This document shows, piece after piece, positions 38,561-49,240 of a stretch of 64,000 nucleotides of DNA. The position numbers were made by a program, and so were the translations under genes. This DNA is from Candidatus Poribacteria bacterium (lineage in GTDB: Bacteria; Poribacteria; WGA-4E; PCPOR2b). Below the pieces are notes generated by a model, which was given only the letters and a program-made list of their open reading frames with translations, had not been told where the DNA came from and ran no database searches. Every line of letters starts with the position of its first letter. The first letter of the stretch is position 1. The stretch spans positions 3,808,001 to 3,872,000 of the forward strand of contig OZ244042.1 in assembly GCA_965215015.1 (NCBI GenBank), written 5' to 3'.

Positions 38561-38854
38561 ATAATTAAGGGGTGCTCATAATTATTGTCTGAATCACGGA
38601 TTAAACTGATGATGCGGATTGCACGGATTCTTGCCTCGAAAATATCCTATATGTTGCACGACACACCGGGCTCATTAAGCCTGCTGTAACCGTGGCGCGA
38701 TGGTGTTAGTATCTTCGGGATTCAAAGCTGTCTGAATCAGGATTTTCAGTATTTAAGGATTCACAGGATGATATAACTCCACTTGAGACGTATCAAACTC
38801 TGAGCAAAGTGGATAGTTATCGTCTGGATTACCGATTAAACCAATGACATCGGT

Positions 38855-39010
38855 GACCCAAAATCAGCACCATCCAATTCTGCCATGATTTTTGGCATTG
38901 ACTCATCTTTGAAGCATAAAATATCGGCGATATTGATAGCTAGGAATCCTCCCGGCTTTATGATTGGGAAATGTCGCTTGATAACCACTCGCAGTAAAGC
39001 TTTCTGTTTT
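38855..39010 (-). pseudogene. Internal fragment of a beta-class (N4/N6) DNA methyltransferase
   Basis: KALLRVVIKRHFPIIKPGGFLAINIADILCFKDESMPKI (LKPGG..INIAD motif). Confidence 0.55.
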
Positions 39011-39250
39011 CTACGTTGTCTAACAGATTATAGGGAAAAGTTCTGGCATAACTCGCAATTAGACGGTATTTTTCTCTTTGATAATTACAACAGAGGTTGC
39101 TAGGTCGCTTATATCCTGTTGCCCAAACACCCTAATTCAGAAACCTACTGAATAATTATAGTATCACAGCGAGGCTCAGTCAAGTCTATACTTCCACATT
39201 TTCCGAGAGATTATGCAGCAACCCAATAGGGCCGCTGGAGCTACGTTGAT

Positions 39251-39620
39251 TCATTGGTTCCGTTGGTTGATTGAACTGATAACCCCCGCACAGGTGAGGC
39301 GCGTACGCCCAACCCATAAATGATTGACAGTTACAGACGCAGGCTCATCGATGTAAACTTTGTGCTTCATCTCGGCTCTGAGCGTCGCTCGTGTCCAAAA
39401 CTTGATACCGTTGCCGCTTGGTGAGACTTCACCATAACTCACGGCTTTCAGTTTCTCGACAATCGTTTCAGCCCAGGCCTTCACCTTACCATCGTCAATG
39501 CAGTTGTCGAGGTCAATGCCGCAATAGGGATCGCTACTGGAAAACACAAAGCCGATACCACTGAAGCGGTCGCGGTAGCTTATCACGGTCTGATAATCTG
39601 TCCAACATGATGTTTACTAC
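39251..39620 (-). pseudogene. Phage/plasmid prim-pol (NrS-1-like) fragment
   Basis: GIGFVF..DPYCGIDLD.C, YGEVSPSGNG. Confidence 0.8.
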
Positions 39621-39735
39621 AGATATTATTCTAACTGTCTGAATCAGGATTCTCAGGATTTGAAGATTTTCAGGAGTCTGATAGGGCTTGCCCTAACAGG
39701 CGGAGAAGGATCTTCAAATCCCAAAGGAGACCATC

Positions 39736-40724
39736 ATGAATCCATTAGCAGTCAAGCGTAACACTATCGTTAATCTTGACACACTGGACGAAAAGGGGCG
39801 CATCCGTATCGCTGTGGCGTGGGATCCACTCTCGGAAAACACCAAGATGGCTTACCAGAAGGCGTATAAACGGCTTGATAGCCGTGGCGTGGTTGTTGAA
39901 GATCTAACGGATGAATCGCTCGCCTTGTGTATCTCGCAACTGGACGCTGATGGTCTATCGCCTGCCACGCTCTCACTCACTGTCGCTGCGGTCCAGTGGT
40001 ATTTCAAGCATATCAACTCTCGGGCGGCACGGTGTTCAAATGAACCCCTCGGCTGCTGCCACGAGATGCGCTCCCCTGCTAGATGGACAACCACTGATAA
40101 GCGGCTGCTCACCATCAAGCGTGATACTGAGAACAGGGGCAACGGTAAGTCGACGGTCTTTCGTGGGCGGATGTCGATTTCGTGTGCAGGTTCGCTGAAT
40201 CTGAACAAAGCATCAAGGGCTATCGGGATTCTGCGTTGATACGGCTCATGAGTGATTGCCTGTTGCGAATCTCTGAAGCGGTGGCGGTCAACCTTGAGGA
40301 TATCCAAGAAAACGCCTTAATCGTCCAGTCGAGTAAGACGGATCAACAAGGCGAGGGGGTGGCGTTGTATATCGGGGATCGGACAATGCAGATGATACGG
40401 CACTACTGCACCGAAGCAAACATAACCACAGGGGCGTTGTTCAGGCGTATCGTGCGGGGTGATCATATCCAACCCACGAGGCTATCAGTCAACGGGGCTC
40501 GCTACGCTATCAAAGAATGGGCTTCCGTCGTTGGCATTGATGGCTTTATCTCTGGGCATTCCCTTCGTGTGGGGGCTGCGGTGTCTTTATCTCAAGCGGG
40601 GGCATCTGTTGTCGAGATGCAACAAGCGGGCAGGTGGAAATCTCCACAGATGCCAGCGCATTATGCACGCGTCAAAGAAGCGGGAAAAGGGGCTGTGGCT
40701 CGGTATCGGTATAAAAAGGGGTAG
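39736..40724 (+). pseudogene. Cre-like tyrosine recombinase, single frameshift near 40147
   Basis: AAGGAG RBS; RDSALI, LLRISE, SKTDQ, SGHSLRVG, GRW, HY catalytic set; frames join as RGNG-(Q)VDGLSW. Confidence 0.85.
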
Positions 40725-40799
40725 AAGATGGGTATATTCACCAAAAGAATCGCACCAGGGGCGAATATGGACATCATTTGGCGTTTTTTCAAAAAAGAG

Positions 40800-40828
40800 T
40801 TGACAAAGTTTTGCAGCTATGAGACAAT
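40800..40828 (+). promoter_or_regulatory. Sigma70-type promoter
   Basis: TTGACA-17bp-GACAAT with TG extension. Confidence 0.55.
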
Positions 40829-40978
40829 GATAATTGTGGGAGCCCCAAGTGCTCTTCTCGGAGCTCCCGAAACGAAACGAGACTCGACCTCGAATCGCTT
40901 CTTGATTGCTATCCCGATGGGTCGGGATGACAATCGCCAATAGTATAACCCTTTTAGCCATCTGTTTCTACCTAAAAC

Positions 40979-41024
40979 AAAAGGGCTGCGCGATTCGGAA
41001 ATTTTCCTATACGCAGCCCTTTTT
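40979..41024 (+). terminator. Intrinsic terminator/attenuator upstream of the 41066 ORF
   Basis: AAAAGGGCTGCG...CGCAGCCCTTTTT stem plus T run. Confidence 0.65.
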
Positions 41025-41065
41025 CTGTTTTTAGAGAGAAACATGGCAATAAGGAGATTTTAACT

Positions 41066-41467
41066 ATGTTTGCGAGACAAGGTTTCATGTTAATGATTTT
41101 CATCCCAACAATTGTGATGATGCTCGGTATCCAATCTCATCAGTTAAATGCTGATACGGACTCGGCAAATGGGGTAAGGGTGTCAACCTATGCGAATGGA
41201 TGGTACACCGCTAGCACAGTCTACAGTGGGCAATATGTGTGGACAGCATGGAGTGATTTTACAGCAAGTATGAGTGCGTCAGGACGGGAAATAGGTGACA
41301 CAGCAGATGGGTGGTATAAGCAAAAAGCTTACCTTCCCCTCTACGGCGCAACGAATCCGCCGGATGTAGATGAAGAATTTGAATTAAAAATCACAGGGTG
41401 GTGGATTTTCAAATTTGGTGATAGTGAAATAAATCATCATTATTCTGCTGGTCAGTCATCTTCCTGA
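41066..41467 (+). CDS. Hypothetical secreted protein (possibly prematurely stopped; frame open to 41545)
   Basis: AAGGAG RBS, signal peptide, beta-rich sequence. Confidence 0.65.
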   Translation: MFARQGFMLMIFIPTIVMMLGIQSHQLNADTDSANGVRVSTYANGWYTASTVYSGQYVWTAWSDFTASMSASGREIGDTADGWYKQKAYLPLYGATNPPDVDEEFELKITGWWIFKFGDSEINHHYSAGQSSS

Positions 41468-41628
41468 AGCGTCCCGGTGGGTGCGAAGGCGGAATGCTCT
41501 GGCAGTTGTGATGGTGTAACGCCAAAGGCAGACGTTTGGCCGTAGGCACAACTGAAATGGTTCTGTAAAGGATAAACGGGACAGTCCCATAAGCAGCACT
41601 TATGGGACTTTTTATTCAGGAGAATTCT

Positions 41629-42779
41629 ATGAGACTGAAGACCAAGCTCCTCATCGGTTCAACCCTGTTTTTCGGCGTTGGAAGCCTTCTCCTTTTGCGT
41701 ATTCATGTGAAAGGTTCGATAGAGCAGTTGGCGGAAACGGCGTTGGATCAATCTTCCACGATGAGGGATACAATACCTAAAAAGCGGTTAAATCCTGAGT
41801 TTGAGAATTTCCTCAGCTGGTATCAACCGATGGTGAAGGATGCGAGTCCAGAAGTCCGTGCCGTGATGAAAAAGTTTGATCCGAAATATCGAAAAGGGGG
41901 AAGCCATGGAAACGAGGAGATAGAGCGGCATTTGCCTACAGATGAGTGGATACAAAGGCTCTTGGATATGGGGGTAAAATTTGAGGATTATTCCGATTAT
42001 TCGGCTTATCTCGGTGCGAGATGGAGAATCTTCCACGCACAAAACGACATAGAAGCACTCGATGATTTGAAACAACGACATAGCTTGGCATCTGAAGCGT
42101 CTTGGGATGACGTCATCACGGCACACATCAAGGGCCGTGTTCAACTGCATACGCTGACAGAGCAAGCAATAGAGGGCGATATGGTGGGAGCTTGTCAAAA
42201 GAGGGTGTCTTTATTCCTAAACGAGTTAAGACCGTTTATGTTCAGCCCGGTACTCTACGTGCTGGTCGTGGTGTACCGAAATGGGTTGTCTACGAGCTCA
42301 GAGATAGAGAGAGAGGCTTACCACCGTCAAGAGAGATTCCGAAAGATATTGACATCATCTACCTCGATGAAAAGGGGCAAGCGATAAAGGATAGGGTGCC
42401 ACCCAGTAGTGGTGCTGAAATTGAAGGTTTCTCAAGCCGTGAATCAGACACGACTGGGGACTCAGCAAGCGAGCAAGTCCCGTTAGACGATGATTTTGAT
42501 AACTCGTTTCCTGATGACTTACCACCTTTCGATACAGAACTTCCTCAATTTGAAAAGCCTAATTTCCCCCCCAGCGTGGCAGACCTGGAGAAGCAGTTGG
42601 CACCAGAAAGGATTGAATTGGAACTGGGCGAAGGGTTATCGCCGGAGCGTTTTCGTAAGGGGCAACAGTTGATAGACCTGTATGGCACGGAGGAGGGGCT
42701 GCGTCGGTTGCGTGAGTCTGACCCTGAGGCTGCTCGTCGATTTGAGCAGGAGCGTCGGGGGGCACCTTCCCGCCCGTGA
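41629..42779 (+). pseudogene. Lineage-specific N-terminally anchored protein, frameshifted near 42190
   Basis: Two overlapping ORFs (41602-42387 and 42192-42779) join at MVG/LSKEGVFIP; AGGAG RBS before 41629. Confidence 0.65.
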
Positions 42780-42864
42780 TGTGCCAAGAGGTCATACGCG
42801 TCCCGATGATTAACCCCTTGCTAATTGGCGATAGCAACATGTCAACATGCCCTAGCAACTTGGG

Positions 42865-44850
42865 TTACTTTGCGAGCCACGCTGCGATATCTGCCTCCGA
42901 TACCGATTCTGTCTCCACCTTCAACCGATCTGCGGCACCAACGGCGTGGTACACATCTGCAATCCAATCTGTCTGAAAAGTGTTGCCGGTATTGTGGATA
43001 AGTAGATGGCGTGGTGCAACGAGTGTGCCCGCCGTGCGAAAATCGCCGACACGCCGAATGCCTGGAATGGGAAGGGTGTGGAGGTATGCCGTGTCATTAC
43101 CACTGTCGAACCGGTTGGCATCGATAACGGTATGGGCAACATCGGCAAATCCGGCGGCGAGGAGACACCATATGCCCGCTTCCCCAAGCCCGATCAGGTT
43201 AGGCCTCGCCGTTTGGGACATGAGATATGCGAGGGCGGTCAAAATGTCCTGAATTCGGAGGGCAGCATCGGTGCGGTTGTAGGTGGTGAAGTATCTGCTA
43301 CCATTATCCCGTATCACTTTTCCCTCAGCGGGTCGGTGCGCGCCGGTCAGAAACAGATCTACCCCCAAGACCGACTCCCCGGCGGCGAGAAGATCTCTCA
43401 CCAAGCGTGTCGGTTGGCCTGTCTCAGGGTCCATTAAATTCATCGCCCCTTGGGGGTGGATAATTAATGTTGCCGAACCGTTCCCTGCCTCTGCTTTGGG
43501 TGTCAAGAATAGGGCGGGGAGTTGATTCTTTCCCCCAATCACAAAGGATTGCGCGGTGAAATCCGATTCCTCAACGGAGTTGGGACGGGTCAAATCGTGG
43601 ATAGAGATTGCTAGGGAATGCCGGAGTGCGTTCCCCATCTCCCCCCGGAATTGCTCAAGCGATGCTGCGTTGGTCGGTTTACGTGCTGCAAATTGCTCTT
43701 CAGCACTTTCGATTCGTGAACGGGTGAGTCCTTCAGCATCAAGCGCGTGTTTGGGCAGTTCTCGGTTATAAAAAACCAGCAAAGCTTCGTCCCTTTCCAC
43801 CTCAAAGGGGACCTCTTTGAATTTTGTGGCGTCCTCTTCGCCCAGAAGCCATTTGCCGAACCAGGTATAGACTGCCTCGCGGCTGTCTTTGTTATAGTTA
43901 TGCTCTGCATCGATCTGCACCTGATGTATCTTGTCCTCCGCACCAAAGTGCGCGTAGATGCTGCGAATCGCTGGATATTCGACGGTGGGCGTATTCTTCG
44001 TCCAATCCCCCGTCGCGGAAACGAGCAACAAGGGTTTTGGTGCCATCAAGGCACCGATTTCGATGTTGCTGATGTCTAGTCGCAGGATTGGCGCGTTCTC
44101 ACAGAGGCAACCGCCCTGCATGTGTGCGGAGATCATGTTGACCGGCGCGGCCACTTTGATCCGATCATCAACTGCGGTGAGCATAAATGTCTGTGTGCCT
44201 CCGCCCGACGCGCCGGTGCAGCCAATCCGATCGGTGTCCACATCGGGCAGCGTCTCTAGAAAATCAACGGCTCGGATCCCATTCCACAACTGAAGTGCCA
44301 TCAGGCTCAAGCCCCAGAGTTCTTCGCGTTCTCCGCCGTACGCGTGGTCAATCTGCTCCCCACTGTCGCAGCGTCCGACCATGTCATACGAAAAGATTAC
44401 GTATCCCTGTTTAGCAAAGTTGATACAACGACCGGGGACCGAACCGGCTTCGCTGTTCTCTAGCCGCCCTCTGCCCCAATGCCCGTGCGGACTGACAATC
44501 CCCGGAAACGGTCCTTTCATCCCTTTCGGACGGTAGAGGTTTCCGGTTGTGAAAAAACCGGGATAGGCTTCAAAGTAGACCTTCTCGACGGTGTAATCCT
44601 CGCGTTCAATCCGCCCAAAGATGTGGGCGTTCAGCGGTGTTTTTTCGGGGGTTGGGGTCAATCCGTTGCTGACCAAAATATGTTCCCGAAGTTCCGCCGC
44701 TTTTGCCAACCACTCGGCTTTAGTATAGCCGGGAAATGTGTAGAGTGTGTTGACATTTCGGGTTTGATAGGTTCGCGTATCGTTCGTCGCTTGAGAGATG
44801 CCGGTGAATAGGTCGGCAAGCTCACCGTGATGTTGATCGGTGTTTGACAT
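42865..44850 (-). CDS. Two-domain alpha/beta hydrolase (acetylxylan esterase-like)
   Basis: PHGH, GCTGASGGGTQT nucleophile elbow, HNY. Confidence 0.85.
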   Translation of the reverse strand: MSNTDQHHGELADLFTGISQATNDTRTYQTRNVNTLYTFPGYTKAEWLAKAAELREHILVSNGLTPTPEKTPLNAHIFGRIEREDYTVEKVYFEAYPGFFTTGNLYRPKGMKGPFPGIVSPHGHWGRGRLENSEAGSVPGRCINFAKQGYVIFSYDMVGRCDSGEQIDHAYGGEREELWGLSLMALQLWNGIRAVDFLETLPDVDTDRIGCTGASGGGTQTFMLTAVDDRIKVAAPVNMISAHMQGGCLCENAPILRLDISNIEIGALMAPKPLLLVSATGDWTKNTPTVEYPAIRSIYAHFGAEDKIHQVQIDAEHNYNKDSREAVYTWFGKWLLGEEDATKFKEVPFEVERDEALLVFYNRELPKHALDAEGLTRSRIESAEEQFAARKPTNAASLEQFRGEMGNALRHSLAISIHDLTRPNSVEESDFTAQSFVIGGKNQLPALFLTPKAEAGNGSATLIIHPQGAMNLMDPETGQPTRLVRDLLAAGESVLGVDLFLTGAHRPAEGKVIRDNGSRYFTTYNRTDAALRIQDILTALAYLMSQTARPNLIGLGEAGIWCLLAAGFADVAHTVIDANRFDSGNDTAYLHTLPIPGIRRVGDFRTAGTLVAPRHLLIHNTGNTFQTDWIADVYHAVGAADRLKVETESVSEADIAAWLAK

Positions 44851-44984
44851 GTTCTTCTCCGTAAGGGTTGATTTCATGAATCAGTTAGCAGAACACAGGA
44901 CGACCACAAGAGTTGTCCCTACGGAATAAACTGAATGTAGGGCAGGTCTTGTGCCTGCCCAAAATACAGACAGCTTATCAAATA

Positions 44985-46955
44985 TCAACAAAACCTACCA
45001 TCAATTTGAGCGATGGCGTAAGGGAGCAGGTTTAGTTCAAGTGTTCCTTCAGCGGCCTCCACAAGCTCGCCTGCTTCCGCACGGAAGGCTTCGGGCGATG
45101 CCATTGCGTATTGCGCGTTGGTTTCGTCCAAGCAGCGAACCCGGACAGTCCCCGCCAAGTTACCCACCCGGATCTGTTGTGATTCGGGGGTCAAATTCGC
45201 GAGCAGGATCCGCGTTTTCTCGTTCCTGCGCAGGGCAACCCCTTCCACTTTCAACGGATCGCTCGATTTTGAGACCAAGATTTCTCCTCCGGTAAATTCG
45301 CCCACGTCAGCGAGGACATGATAGAGTGGAAAGACCGCGCCGGGCAGGGAAGGGAATTTATCCGGCATCGGCGAACCTGTCGCAGTTTCCATCACGCCGC
45401 GCCACCCGGTCGTTTCGTAGTAAGTCACGCGCGATGCGCTACTTTCTGACAGATACTTGATGCTGCCGAGCGTCCATCCCGCTCCAAATAGCGCCATCTG
45501 TCGCATATCAACCTGTGTGGGTAACTCGCCCGGTGCCAGTTCAGGCTCAGGTCCGGTGGCGTTGGGATTGAAGCGCGCTAAGAGTGTGACGGGTGTGACT
45601 GCAATGGGTAATCCGTCCGCGAATTGATGGGCGCTTTCAACGGTCACCGCTTGCGCCCGCAATGTCTCCATCAGCGAAGAATTGTCAAAGGCATGAACCT
45701 GCGGATTAATTGAATAGCAAACGAGGTCTAGCACGTTCACGGGGGGACGCCCGCGATTCAGGTCGGTAAAGTACGCATTGGTACCCGCCCCAATCTTTGC
45801 GTCGGAGAGGTAGCGTCGCGCGAGGGCAACCCATTGGGCGGAGGTGGAAGCCTCCGTTTTGTGGAAGATAAGATAGGTTTCAACCGGTGGCTTCACCCGC
45901 TCAACCACTTCGGCGAAGGCGCGTAATTCTTCTTCTGCTGCATCGGCCAGGAAAAGGGCAAGCTCCAGCGATACCCCCAACGCCCGCGCTTCGTCCGTCG
46001 CTTGGCGCAGTGCGGATTCATAATCGGGTTGCGTTAGATCGACATCCACACGCAGATGCGAAAGGTTTAGCAACTTAAGGTGCTCTAACTCCTGAGCGTT
46101 GAGCGAATCTCCGTGAGAGGCAACGCCCAATCCGATGTGGGGTAGCGGTTGCGCCTCGGCAGATGAAATCTGCAAGGTGATCGGTTGAGTTGCTGCCTCG
46201 CGCTGCTCGGTGCTTAACTCGCGCTGCGTTTTGAGGATTAAGGTAATCCGTTGGGAGATTTTCGTGCCGAGGGCGATTTCCACTGGAAAGGGTTCGCTCA
46301 ACGGTGTGCCGTAGGTCTTGTAAGAGGCATCGGTCCAATTGCGCTGATCCTCCATCTCGAAGACCTCGCCCTCAAATCGCACCTCCGCTTCAACCCCAGA
46401 GGTAACCTCGTAGCTGAGTGCCCGTATATTATTGAACGGTGCAACCGGCTTAATTTCGCCATCAATCAGATACTGAGGGGCAATGGAGATTGGGAAGGGG
46501 CTCTCTTCAACTGCCCCATCTACCTTCTCAATGCGGCAAGGGACGCCTGCACAGTCCATCGGGTGCAGCACACAGAAGCCGATGCGGTTGCGACGAAAGG
46601 TCGAGCGTGCCTCCCCATCCATCGAAAGAGTGATAGTCCCATTTGCGTCCCCCGTGATTGTCCCGTGCCAGAAAAAATCAACATCAGCCTCCTTGTTCTC
46701 CACATCGTAGGTGATGTGAAACGTGTCGCTGTCGCGTTCAATCTGAACGTTTGAGAGTTGGGGGGGGATGGTGTCCCAATTGTGATCGCGGACAGCGACA
46801 TAGACCCGGCGGAGAATCTCGTGGTCTCCGAACCGAATGTAGCGTAGGTCTCCCGCTTCAAAGGTCATAGATAACGGTCCCCCGCAGAGTTGTGTCCGTT
46901 CTGGCAAGGGTTCATCTTTTCCGTAATGTAACACCCTACGTGACAGTTGGCTCAT
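44985..46955 (-). CDS. D-apionate lactonase (ApnL)-like protein
   Basis: GDLRYIR..EILRRVY.AVRD.NWDT, NRIGFCVLHP, FEMEDQRNWTDASYKTY, PQVHAFD. Confidence 0.7.
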   Translation of the reverse strand: MSQLSRRVLHYGKDEPLPERTQLCGGPLSMTFEAGDLRYIRFGDHEILRRVYVAVRDHNWDTIPPQLSNVQIERDSDTFHITYDVENKEADVDFFWHGTITGDANGTITLSMDGEARSTFRRNRIGFCVLHPMDCAGVPCRIEKVDGAVEESPFPISIAPQYLIDGEIKPVAPFNNIRALSYEVTSGVEAEVRFEGEVFEMEDQRNWTDASYKTYGTPLSEPFPVEIALGTKISQRITLILKTQRELSTEQREAATQPITLQISSAEAQPLPHIGLGVASHGDSLNAQELEHLKLLNLSHLRVDVDLTQPDYESALRQATDEARALGVSLELALFLADAAEEELRAFAEVVERVKPPVETYLIFHKTEASTSAQWVALARRYLSDAKIGAGTNAYFTDLNRGRPPVNVLDLVCYSINPQVHAFDNSSLMETLRAQAVTVESAHQFADGLPIAVTPVTLLARFNPNATGPEPELAPGELPTQVDMRQMALFGAGWTLGSIKYLSESSASRVTYYETTGWRGVMETATGSPMPDKFPSLPGAVFPLYHVLADVGEFTGGEILVSKSSDPLKVEGVALRRNEKTRILLANLTPESQQIRVGNLAGTVRVRCLDETNAQYAMASPEAFRAEAGELVEAAEGTLELNLLPYAIAQIDGRFC

Positions 46956-47035
46956 ATCTCAATCCCCTTCCGATTGAAACAGCATTTTGTCGAGATATGA
47001 ATCTCGACCTACGGGGGCTTTTGGCTGCTGAACGT

Positions 47036-48124
47036 TTAGTAGATAATTGAGGGTTCTTTGATTCTCCGTTTCTCTGATTTTGCTCCTGTTCGCGCCCCGT
47101 ATCGGCGCAATTTTTCTTGAAAGTGTGGGTTGTCTAACGCATCGCGGTTCACCACGTTTTTTGGAACCCGTCCCGCTGCGACCTCTAAAATGCTTTCGCA
47201 TGCACTCCGTCCATTGCCGAGGAAGCACTCGTCCGTCCAGCAGATGCCGTGCGGCGTGACGATGACGTTATCTAGCTTTAATATGGGATCATTGGGATCT
47301 ACCGGTTCCTGTTCAAATACATCGAGTGCTGCCCCCTGAATGCGCCGTTCACGCAACGCGACGGTGAGCGCGGCCTGGTTAACAATGGGACCCCGAGCGG
47401 CATTGATCAGATAAGCGGTCTCCTTCATCAATGCGAGTCGCTCCGCGTTAATTAGGTGGTGTGTCTCTGGAGTCAGGGCACAACAGATGGAAACGAAGTC
47501 TGATGTGCGGAGCAATGTCTCTAAATCCACCAATTCTACCTCCGCAGCACTCGCCTGTTCGGGCGTTAAGTAGGGGTCATAAGCCAAATGACGCATCTCA
47601 AATGGTTGGGCAAGTTTGAACACCTCGCGCCCGATATTGCCCATCCCGATCAGGCCGAGCGTCCGCCCGGTGACTCCCATCCCCATATAGTCCAGCTTTT
47701 CGCCCCAACGTCCATCGCGGGTGAGGCGGTTTTTGATTAGCAACTTGTGGCTGAGTGCCAAGATGAAGGTGATGACAGCGGCGGCCACAGGGCGGCGTAC
47801 GCCATCGGGTGTGATGGTCAGTAGGACACCATTTTGGGTGCAGGCATCCACATCGATCGCATCGTAGCCGACGCCGAACCGCGCTAAAATTGTCAGGCGG
47901 TCAACGCCTGCCAAGGTCCCGGCAGTTATTGATGGTGCCAATACCAGCAAAGCATCATAATCTTGTACCTGATCACGGTGCAACGTCGGTGTATTTTCTG
48001 CTAAGATTTCCCACTCCACCCCTGCTGCCTCGTCTAGCAGACTCAAACCGATGTCGCCGAACCCAATTGTCCCATCCGGTTTCAGGATGTCGCGGGTGAG
48101 TCCCACGCGAAATGTTTGGTTCAT
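47036..48124 (-). CDS. D-2-hydroxyacid/phosphoglycerate dehydrogenase family protein
   Basis: RFGVGYD, GMGNIG, INAARG, LDVFEQEP, TPH. Confidence 0.92.
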   Translation of the reverse strand: MNQTFRVGLTRDILKPDGTIGFGDIGLSLLDEAAGVEWEILAENTPTLHRDQVQDYDALLVLAPSITAGTLAGVDRLTILARFGVGYDAIDVDACTQNGVLLTITPDGVRRPVAAAVITFILALSHKLLIKNRLTRDGRWGEKLDYMGMGVTGRTLGLIGMGNIGREVFKLAQPFEMRHLAYDPYLTPEQASAAEVELVDLETLLRTSDFVSICCALTPETHHLINAERLALMKETAYLINAARGPIVNQAALTVALRERRIQGAALDVFEQEPVDPNDPILKLDNVIVTPHGICWTDECFLGNGRSACESILEVAAGRVPKNVVNRDALDNPHFQEKLRRYGARTGAKSEKRRIKEPSIIY

Positions 48125-48185
48125 AAAATTGTATCCTCCCAACGTTTATATTATTTTAAGCACTGGTGCGATATACTACTTTTGG

Positions 48186-48215
48186 TTGACAATCTCTGAG
48201 AATATAGAATAAAAT
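48186..48215 (+). promoter_or_regulatory. Sigma70-type promoter
   Basis: TTGACA-18bp-TAAAAT; AAGGAGG RBS downstream. Confidence 0.5.
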
Positions 48216-48268
48216 TAAGACGTGGTTTGATAAGGACTCGCTTGGCCTTTTGAAGGAGGTACACAGAG

Positions 48269-48826
48269 ATGCCGGAAACATTGCATTTTGAACAGTTAAA
48301 AAAAACCTTCGATGCCTATTTTAGGAAATGGTGGAGAGTTGTTTCCATTTTATATTTACTCGCTTTTGGTCTTTATACAGTTGGGTTGTTTAACAAATAC
48401 TTAGACTTCGCACTGCCATCGTTTCTCCGTGCGATAGTCACTTTTGAATATTGGTCATGGATGGGCGAAATGCCAGTTGGCATAATCGGTATCGGCTTTA
48501 TCTCAGTTGGTGCACTATCAGTGGGCGTGGTTTTTATCGGTGCATTCTCTATCGGTATTGTTGCGTTTGGTGGACATTCTTTTGGAGTCATCACGATCGC
48601 GGCAGGTACACGCTATGGGTACGAGGTCGGTCCAAGGGGATGGTTTGATATCGGTAGAGCGGTTGGGTTTATCGCCATAAGTCCTGAAGCCTACGGTGTC
48701 TACGCATTATCCTATACGGGCAGAGGTGTTTATACGCTCTCGCCACACCACCAAGATGCGGTTGCGGTCGCATTGTTTACACGGTGGATGCCAAAGTTCA
48801 AGGGAGCATTCTCTCGCGCCTCTTAG
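48269..48826 (+). CDS. Hypothetical membrane protein with Gly-x4 repeats
   Basis: GIIGIGFISVGALSVGVVFIGAFSIGIVAFGG; strong RBS. Confidence 0.75.
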   Translation: MPETLHFEQLKKTFDAYFRKWWRVVSILYLLAFGLYTVGLFNKYLDFALPSFLRAIVTFEYWSWMGEMPVGIIGIGFISVGALSVGVVFIGAFSIGIVAFGGHSFGVITIAAGTRYGYEVGPRGWFDIGRAVGFIAISPEAYGVYALSYTGRGVYTLSPHHQDAVAVALFTRWMPKFKGAFSRAS

Positions 48827-49240
48827 GGCGATCTATAGAAGGTGAAAGTCGCGATTCGGAGGCTATACCTCCGCCCGTCTGTCTTGTGTAGGGGGAAATT
48901 CCAATTCCCGACTATTGCGTCGATCCGCCCCGCTGGGGTTATGTTGGTTCATCAGTAGAATTCATGAACTTTTGAACGAATGGCCCCCTTGCACTTAAGG
49001 GGTTATTGGGACAGCGGTTACGGCATACGGGGTATGCCTACTACAAGGCTTCCCTGATGACCGTTTAGGAGGTATAGTGTCAGTCAATTATACACTAAAA
49101 CGCTTTTGAAACCAAGAAAAACCAATGTGAAAGTAAAGGGGGTGCCCCCAACATAAATGTTTGGGTTTTAGACCTAAAGGATTTTTGATAAAATTTTGGA
49201 TATAATAAACGAAAATTTTAACGACCGAAAAGAATACGCA

